Shown: positions 1 through 8,200 of the stretch, in pieces | How the letters are laid out: the number at the start of each line of letters is the position of its first letter | How positions within the stretch are numbered: the stretch's first letter is position 1 | Source of the DNA: an uncultured archaeon | GTDB taxonomy: Archaea > Asgardarchaeota > Thorarchaeia > Thorarchaeales > Thorarchaeaceae | Reading direction: 5' to 3' | NCBI GenBank assembly: GCA_964590575.1 | Contig: CAZPWM010000076.1 | Span: 1 to 15,910 of the forward strand | DNA length: 15,910 bases | Made by a program: the position numbers and the translations under genes | Notes under the pieces: model-generated | Seen by the model: only the letters and a program-made list of their open reading frames with translations | The model's database searches: none | What the model was told of the DNA's origin: nothing

Positions 1-1
1 T

Positions 2-184
2 GGTGTTTTGCAACCAATTGCTTGGGACTTGGCTCGCGTATTTTCGAAAGACTATGATCTTCGTCAGGAGATGATTTGGTGTCAGGATAACAAGAAACTT
101 GGTTGTTGGGGATATCCCACCACATACGTATCAAACGTTCATCATCATTATTGCATCATTCTCCAGAAGAGAGAAGATTACTGA
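2..184 (+). CDS. C-terminal fragment (5'-truncated by the window edge) of a probable N4-cytosine/N6-adenine DNA methyltransferase
   Basis: Frame +2 is open from base 2 to TGA at 182-184: GVLQPIAWDLARVFSKDYDLRQEMIWCQDNKKLGCWGYPTTYVSNVHHHYCIILQKREDY*. The pattern E-x-IW-x-Q...G-Y-P...N-x-H-H-x-Y-x-hydrophobic-x-K resembles the late motifs (VII-VIII region) of N4/N6 MTases. The catalytic (D/S)PPY and FxGxG motifs are not in the window. Not in the supplied ORF track. Confidence 0.6.
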   Translation, partial: GVLQPIAWDLARVFSKDYDLRQEMIWCQDNKKLGCWGYPTTYVSNVHHHYCIILQKREDY

Positions 185-246
185 TATCAAAGTGCAAGAA
201 TAGATATGTCTTCAATCCCAATGTTTCAACAGGGGTGTCCTCGTTA

Positions 247-741
247 ATGGAAACAGCAACGATCAAGGAAATTGATAAGGATAGACTTTATGCATTAATC
301 AAAGCCTTTCCAGATCTTTGGAACAAAGACAAACCATTGCTTGATCCCGGATTGATTCCATTACTTGACAAATATGGAGAAACGGATGAACTCTTTTTTG
401 GTGTGTATCTATTCGCTGTAGTTCGTGGTCTTCTCACGGTTTTCGTTGAATATCAAAGAACTCAAAGTACTGCAACCTTTGAGATTCATGGTTACATCAT
501 AACCGGCAATGGAATTGAAGGAAGACATCAGTATGCTGAGCAAAAATTAAGGGACATAATTCTGGGACATGCTGGAGAAGCTTTCACTAAACTAACTGCT
601 ATATCTAAGGATAGAATCTTTGAATGCCCTAGTTGCAAAGCGAAATATTCACTCATGACTATGAAAATGTCCAGCGATGGTCGCATTGAGTGCCAGAATT
701 GTGGTCGTCTAGTGGATTTTAAAATTAAAGATAAAAGTTAA
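247..741 (+). CDS. Hypothetical protein with C-terminal CxxC...CxxC zinc ribbon (paralogue A), 164 aa
   Basis: ATG at 247 follows a GGGGTG SD-like motif. This start avoids overlap with the upstream gene (stop at 184) and aligns with the N-terminus of the downstream paralogue. The C-terminus is CPSCKAKY...DGRIECQNC. Confidence 0.85.
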   Translation: METATIKEIDKDRLYALIKAFPDLWNKDKPLLDPGLIPLLDKYGETDELFFGVYLFAVVRGLLTVFVEYQRTQSTATFEIHGYIITGNGIEGRHQYAEQKLRDIILGHAGEAFTKLTAISKDRIFECPSCKAKYSLMTMKMSSDGRIECQNCGRLVDFKIKDKS

Positions 742-830
742 TCGATGTGGATTGACGGTAATCTACTTACCACCGTTATCACTATATTCTTTCACAGCTA
801 AAATGGATATGAAGGTGGGATGGAAACCGA

Positions 831-1367
831 ATGGAAGCATTGGAGCTCTATGATATTGATGAAGCTGAGTATAGGAGTCTCCTTCATGAGATTCCAACAA
901 TATGGGAAAAAAACAGTAGTTTCTTTGACACGGGACTAAACCCATGGTTTAGTAATTTCGGGGAATTAGATAATCTGATTATTGGCGTCCACATATTTAG
1001 CCATGGTAATGGTGCCCAGATGTTCATCGTTTTGACTGAATATCTGAGAGATGCTCGTATCGCAACTTTCAACATCAACGCGAGAACCACAACTGGATGG
1101 TTTGGTCCTACTTCCTATAAGAAAGGTGAGATAAAATTCAGAGAGATGTTGGAAAAGCTCACCTATGATGAAATTGAGAAGTTTTCCATTGAAAATCAAT
1201 TTCAGGAATCAGATGAAATTTTCATCTGTCCAAATTGTAGTGCACAATATCTCATGAGAGTACTTCAGATAACAGAAGACGGGAGAATGGTGTGTCAGAA
1301 CTGTAACAAATCATTTGACCCCGTTGAACTAGATGTTGCACGTAGGTCAGCTTCGCACGATTCTTAA
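831..1367 (+). CDS. Hypothetical protein with C-terminal CxxC...CxxC zinc ribbon (paralogue B), 178 aa
   Basis: AAGGTGG SD-like motif upstream. C-terminus CPNCSAQY...DGRMVCQNC. Colinear similarity to the 247..741 protein over the full length. Confidence 0.88.
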   Translation: MEALELYDIDEAEYRSLLHEIPTIWEKNSSFFDTGLNPWFSNFGELDNLIIGVHIFSHGNGAQMFIVLTEYLRDARIATFNINARTTTGWFGPTSYKKGEIKFREMLEKLTYDEIEKFSIENQFQESDEIFICPNCSAQYLMRVLQITEDGRMVCQNCNKSFDPVELDVARRSASHDS

Positions 1368-1391
1368 GGGACAATAAATAGACTTCGATAC

Positions 1392-2276
1392 ATGCCTATC
1401 AATATTCGTGAATTAACTCTCGAGGACCATGAACACATCAATATCCTCTGTCAAACCATCTGGGATGGAAACGATTACGTTCCAGAGAGTTTCCCTAAAT
1501 GGATAGCGAATCCTCTAACAAGAACTATCGGACTCTTTGAAGTTGATGAGCTTGTCGCATTTGGTAATATTGAGAAAATTGCTGATACTGACATCGCATG
1601 GGTCCAAGGTCTAAGAGTAAAAGAAGGACACCGGGAGAAGGGTTATGCGACAGCAGTGACGTCTGCGTTGATTGATATCGCAAAGGAGCTTAATGTCAAG
1701 CACCTATGGTATGCCACCAGTTCACAGAATGAGTCTTCAATGAGAGTGGCAAAGAAGTGTGGGTTTCATCAGGCGGACATAACCGGATACTTCCGAATCT
1801 ACAGACCATTTCCCGATCATCCTAAACCAAGTCTTAGTATAGTACCGCTTCAGGTGAGTCCTGAGCGACTGAATGAGTTGCTAATAGCAAATCCGGACCT
1901 GGTGGAAAGCTCAACGGTCCCATTAGCTTGGCATTTTGATTTCAAGACGCATGATGGATTGACTCGACTCCTGAATGATGCGATTATAAAAGTCATTGTT
2001 GATGAATCCGGGAAGGTATCAGCTCTCTACTGTCAGATTGAAAGAGGTAGGAACACTGAGAAAACAGCAGCCTTCACAGTATTTGCAACAGACCGCTCCG
2101 TGTTTGTTGATATCATGTCACGAATGATAAATCAGGCTGAAACTGTTGAAGCCGACCGCGCAGTCTTCTTCCTAGGTCCACGGGTGACTGAGTGGGCATT
2201 GGATTTGGGTTATGTGGCTAATGAATTCGTAGACCGAAAGTTCCTTCTCTATGAAGTGAACCCAGCTGAAAAATAA
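1392..2276 (+). CDS. GNAT-family N-acetyltransferase (NAT16/histidine N-acetyltransferase-like N-terminal domain plus a second C-terminal domain)
   Basis: N-terminal IRELTLED, then IWDGNDYVP...W, then WVQGLRVKEGHREKGYATAV (acetyl-CoA-binding motif A, R-x-x-G-x-A) and N-x-x-S-x-x-V-A-K-K-C-G-F (motif B). Confidence 0.9.
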   Translation: MPINIRELTLEDHEHINILCQTIWDGNDYVPESFPKWIANPLTRTIGLFEVDELVAFGNIEKIADTDIAWVQGLRVKEGHREKGYATAVTSALIDIAKELNVKHLWYATSSQNESSMRVAKKCGFHQADITGYFRIYRPFPDHPKPSLSIVPLQVSPERLNELLIANPDLVESSTVPLAWHFDFKTHDGLTRLLNDAIIKVIVDESGKVSALYCQIERGRNTEKTAAFTVFATDRSVFVDIMSRMINQAETVEADRAVFFLGPRVTEWALDLGYVANEFVDRKFLLYEVNPAEK

Positions 2277-2281
2277 TACTC

Positions 2282-5200
2282 TCAGCCGGATCCTCCAGTC
2301 ATTCTTTTTCTGATGACAAGAATAGCTATGAAACCTGCAACCGCGACGATTGTGAATACACCCACCACAATTATGATGAACATATCAGAAGGCAAGCCGC
2401 CCCCTTGCACGATGACCTTAATGGTCATTGTATTCACATTCCCATAGTTGTCATATACTGAAACCAGTACAGGGTATGTTCCAGCTCGGAGCTGTATCAC
2501 ACTGGTCAACCAACCGTCCGCATTCATGATGAATCTTGTATCGTTCACACTATAGTGGTCAATACCTGAGTAGTCTTCTGCGGATACACGTAGCTGTAGA
2601 ACGTCACCCACAGTGATAGTGATGTTCACATAGAAGTCAATCCACTCCGGAGCGATTGTATCCCGTACAATAACAGTTGCTGTTCCTGTGAGCTCGTGGC
2701 CAAAGAGATCTGTGACAGTTAATGCTAGTCCATAGTCTCCAACATCAAGGTCAGCTTGATTTGTGAGTAATCCATTCGGCGTTACTCGGAATAGACTATC
2801 ATTTACCGAGAATGTGTTGATCCCGGTTTCATCATAGACCTCAAATTGGTATTCAAGGTCTTCTCCGGCTTCAACATAGATTACTCCAGGTTCAGTTAGC
2901 CATACTGGTGGGCTCGTATCGGCTTCAGGGAAGAAGCTCGTATCGACAACCTCACCATATGGTTCCTGCGTTGCTACCACACCGTTACTCCTGAAGACTG
3001 TGATTTGATCACCATATGTAGGATTGGTAAGAATCCAGACTGAATATCCGTTCCAGATCGTGAAACTACTTACATAGTAGACCATGAACCAATTGTCAAA
3101 GACCATTGGATCGCCAATCTCAGCGTGGTGTCCTGTTGTAGATGGAGAACTCAAACAACTCATGAAGAAGAGTCGTGAATTATTCCAACCCAAGGTATCA
3201 TAGGAAACGTATCCATTCAGAATATTGACATGCATTGTTGCATTGAATGTATCAATGGGAATGCCATTATCATAGAAGGTGAGAACAACATGAACCTCAA
3301 CTTCGTATGTTGAAACCATCCCGATGAAAGAATAATTCATCTCATTTTGATAATATCCATAGTCCCACAACCAGTCATAGTAATCTCCTGGTTCAGGATG
3401 TAAAATTGGGACAACATTGATTGATTCAAAAGAAACCGAAGCCGCGGCGGTGGTGTCATCCCACCACACAGCAACTATAGAGATCTCGTTTGTTCCATTT
3501 TGAAAGACTGGAACCATGAATTCTTGTCTTCCAGCATAAAACATCGTGGTAATGTGTTCATCATTCACATAAACATCAATGTAATCCAGCTGGTCCGGTA
3601 ATTCAGTACTGTACTGAACCAGAACTGTTCCTCCACTTACTACCTCACTTTCTGTTGGATTGAGAATAGTAAACTCTCTAGGAGCTTCAACAGGAACAAA
3701 CCGGCTTTTAGCATTATTACTTGTAGAGTACTCGTCAGCAACTACATCTACATAGGCTGTGATATTGTAGGTTCTAACATTATCAGGTATCCATTCATAG
3801 TATAGACTTTCACTGTTGTAGGGGTCAAGTATCGGAATGTATAGTGAGTCCACTTGTGAGTTATCGATGTAAATACTGAGATAGAAGCTGTACTCTGTGT
3901 TGTTGCCGTTGTTGAACACTGTGGCTGTGATCACAGTGGGGATATCAATCCAAGCACGTTCTGGTGCAACTAATGAAGCTGAGAGGTCATGCTCTGGTGC
4001 AACATATGTGAATTGAAGACCGAACTCTGAAACACCGCTAAGAGATGTGTACGGATATGAGTTATAGTGGATTCCATCCCCATGATTGAGTCCAATAGTC
4101 CCATCATACAAAGTGTACGTTATGAGATAATTGAACTCTATGAGTCCGGTAGCATATAGTACAACCTGGAAAGTCCCGACATCTGAACCTCCTAGATGTT
4201 CATATTCATTGAACTGAATCACAAACCTATCAGCTGTCTCCCATAGGTAGATGTTGTCACTGGCTTGTAGGTCATCCCATAATGGTGCCATGCAATAAGC
4301 ATGACCAGGATTAGCACTTGGAAATTCAGGATTAACAAAATCGTATGGTTGTGGATTAGCAAAACTCAACCAACCGTTACTACTGACGAAGACAGTTTCA
4401 AAGATATCATCATAGAATGGGAAGCTGAAGGGTAAAAGAACTGGAATATATGTGTCATCTCCTGAAATATGGAGATTTACACCATTTGCAACAGCATCAT
4501 ACCAGCTATAAACACCCTCAATCATCATGTAATCCTTGAGGTACTTAATGTTCACCATCTGAGTTAGTACGTTATTTACGTAAGAGTCCTCTTCAGCAAC
4601 TGGATCTACGATGACTGTTATGTTGTAGACTGTTTCAATGGTTGGTGTCCAAAAGTACTGGAATGTTGCAGCGGTACCATTCTCAAGTAGAGAAACTGTT
4701 AATGAATCAACCTCAACACTATCAATAAACAGTCTTGCAGTCACGCCAGACTCGTTAAAGAGACCCTTGTTGTGCACCGTGACATTGAGTATCACAGTTT
4801 CACTGGGATTACTTTGTTGAGGAGCCTCCAAACTTACGGACAAGTCATGGTCTGGAATAACGTACTCTGACCACAGCATCGCATTGTACACAAGTTGACA
4901 ATCGTCTGTGTTACCCATATACTCTGGAAGGTTGGAGATGTAGACTATTCCACGATAAGTTAGAATAGTCGCATACAAAGATGCGTCATTGGCTAGATAT
5001 GATGCACCTCGAAGAACACTGCCATCCCACAATGATGGTTCTGGGAATATTGTCCCACCAAATGCGGGACTATATGGATTTGATACACCTGAGAAAAGTG
5101 GATGTGATGTGTTATCAAGATGGATAACGAGAGGATCAAATAGTTGAGCATTCATCGTCATCCCATCAGCCAAACCGAAGAATGGACCCCACTCTGGATT

Positions 5201-8200
5201 CATGTACATAGCAGTTGAACTGATTATTAGTCCATGGCCTTGTTGGACATAGTCAATAATCGCATTTATGGCACTAGTTGCATATACAACAATTGGATAT
5301 GCTAGATAGAGAACATCTGCATCTAGTTCAACTAATTTCTCAAGAGTAACTGTTTCTGTTTGGAATGTTATGTAGTCGATAGAGAGAGGCATACTTCCAT
5401 AATCTTGCCAATTGATCATCAACTCATCCCAGATGCAATCCTCGGGCATATCTGTTCCAACTCCAGGTAAGATTACAACATTGAGACGCACTGGAAGTCC
5501 TATTGTTGAATTCTCATAATCTACCAAAGAACCTGAAACAAGAATTAGACCACCATCATTAGGTGTAAGAGTAAGGTCAATCATTCCAGAAGAATTCGTG
5601 TATCCTTGAACTGAATTACCAAGCCCGGTTGCATTGATATAGCAGTTATCAAGTGGGAAGTGCTCATAGTAGTCTGTTGCAGTTACTGTGATTATTTGAG
5701 TCGCGTAAGGTTCAAGGAAAGCAGGTGATGCACTCAGTGCTACGATAGGTATGTCATAAACGATGATTTCTGCTGAGTAATTCAAGAAACCTCCTTTTGT
5801 CACATCCACCGAAATTACACCTTCACTAACTGGAGTAATGTATAAACTACAAGTTCCATCAGGTTGGGTTGAATTGGTTGCTAGGATTCCACAACCTGCA
5901 AGGTTAACTGCCGCATTGTTGATTGGAGTGCCTGTGGCAGCATCAACCACTTCAAAGTAGATTGTTTCGGAGGTTCCTGTCTGCATAGCATCATCAGACA
6001 CTGTCACAATGAGCGATGGTTGAAATAGGAATGCTGCTGCATTCTGAATCAACAAGTTCCGTGAAGCACTATCTGTTATTGCGTCAATTGAGAAACCAAT
6101 GAAGACAACACCACCAAGTCCTCCAGCAGGTGATAATCCGCTGATTGCGGTACCACCAACATAGCTACCACCATATGCTGCTGCATGAACAGATCCATTA
6201 GCGGGGTTGAAGACATCAGCATAAACGGTGCCTAACCCATCAGCAAGCGGTATATTTGTTGGCATACCAGACATTATCGGATGTCCACTCTTAACAAGTT
6301 CCAGAGAGCCAGTATTCTCAGTCTCTTCAACTCTTTGTACGTGAAACAGATTTGGAAATCTCGAGTCCTCACTGCCATTAAGCATTGAAAGTATGAAAGC
6401 ACCTTCGAAAAGTATGCTACCTCCACCTAAATGATAGTCATAGAGCATATCTAGAAGATAACTTGTCGGACTGTTCATTGGATATCCGATATTATCTCCA
6501 GTTGTCACAACGACAAGATCGAATTCATTGAGATACTCGAGAGTAGGAACGATTTCATACAATGGGTAGAAAACTGATACATTGTACTCATCCTGAAGTG
6601 CAAGTACATAGTCTCCTGGATTTGATGAATCTCCAAGGTTCTCATCAGCCCATCCACCAGGATACTCGATCATATCCCATCCCGTATCGTCTGAAATTAC
6701 TAACACATCACCTCGATTTACACGTAAGCTAGTTTCCACTCCACCGAAAGTAGATCCGTTGTCTAGTTGAATGTAAAGTCGAAGGTCACCAAATGCCGTA
6801 AGATTGAGAGATGAAGAGTACACTCCGCTAGAAACCGTGAACGATGACGTTTGTATAACACTCCCTGCAGAGTCAATTAATGATGCATTTCCTGAACAAT
6901 CAGCATTAGTAGTCCCTGAGAATTGTAAGAAGGTATAGTAAATAGGATCACTATCCAGTTGTAGAGAGACGTCAACAGTACCAACATTGAACGATGTCAC
7001 TCCCGTATATTCAAAGGGATCATCAACTTGAGTTTTGACTTCGTATTGTCCAGGACGGTTGGTTGTGCTAAATGAAAGTGTATAGTGGCCGAAGGGATCT
7101 GTGATAATCGGACTACTAGTAACGACTGTTCCCATTGGATCAGTCACAGTAACAACAGCATGTGCATTTGCGAAAGGTATGTTGTTGTATGATAGGCACG
7201 TTACATTCAACTCGACGGACTCTTCTATATCAACCTCAGAAGCCTCAGTAGTGAAATTCTGTTTCCAGTACATGTTCATTGAAGGGTCTCCGAAGTAGAT
7301 TGCTTGATAGACCGTTTCCAATGCTGCAGGAGATGACATGTCAAAAGTCGTGACCATATGATTGAGTGCTTCATGGAATGCTGTCTTTGGACTTGCTTCT
7401 CTTTCAGTTACCGCATTCTGAAGGAAGTAGTCCCAGAACACATTATGGAACCCGTCAAAGGCATCATAAGAAGCCCAAGCAACTCGGGTAGCCCCGATGT
7501 AGGCCGCCGCTCCACCCATTGGATTTCTGAAGAAAGCTTCAGCTATTACGGGTTCACCAATCTCATAGTCGAACGCTGCGGTCTCACATGCCATAGCAAA
7601 AGCGAACATTGACTTGTTTCCATTTGCCAACCCAAGTACATCGGAAGTGTATAGGGCATCTGACCACTGATCGTATGCACCATGATCAAAGAAGTCAATG
7701 ATGCCGACACCAGAGTTAATCTCTGAAACAATGTCTGGTGTGGACAAAGATCCATCAGTAGAGTAAAATCTGGAAACGTCAAAGAATGAGTCGTAGAGAT
7801 ATTTTTGGTTAAGCACGCCCTCAGTCATTCCTGGACCGTCTCCATATCCAAAACAATCATTGGCAATAAGTATGAAGTCGTTCATCCAATCTCCAGAGAT
7901 TGGATTACTCTCATATTGAATAATAAGGGAGAGTACCCTTTCGGCTTCTTCCGTTGTCTGGATGGGTATTCGACCAACCTTCAGTTCAGGGAAAAAGTCT
8001 ACATCATCATCCATTTCTCCATACTGATTGTTGTTATTATCATCCCAGTCACCATCAAGACACTCATAGTAGAGATCGGAGGGCTCTGTACCATTATCGA
8101 TTCCAGGACCCCAATACGGATCAATGACTTCTCTGACTGGCACGATATCACCATCTCCAATCAGAAACACATAGGAAGTTTGATTCTCAGTATATGATGC

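Noticed and set aside
103-246. N-terminal 48-codon extension of the first ORF from TTG 103
   Set aside because: It overlaps the upstream gene ending at 184 and has no counterpart in the paralogue. ATG 247 has an SD-like motif.
754-777. Small hairpin GGTAA-TCTAC-TTACC between the two paralogues
   Set aside because: Only a 5-bp core stem with no T-tract directly after it; compatible with chance.
763-1199. Short minus-strand ORFs 763..945, 884..1090 and 966..1199
   Set aside because: Antisense shadows of the well-supported 831..1367 gene with no recognisable motifs.
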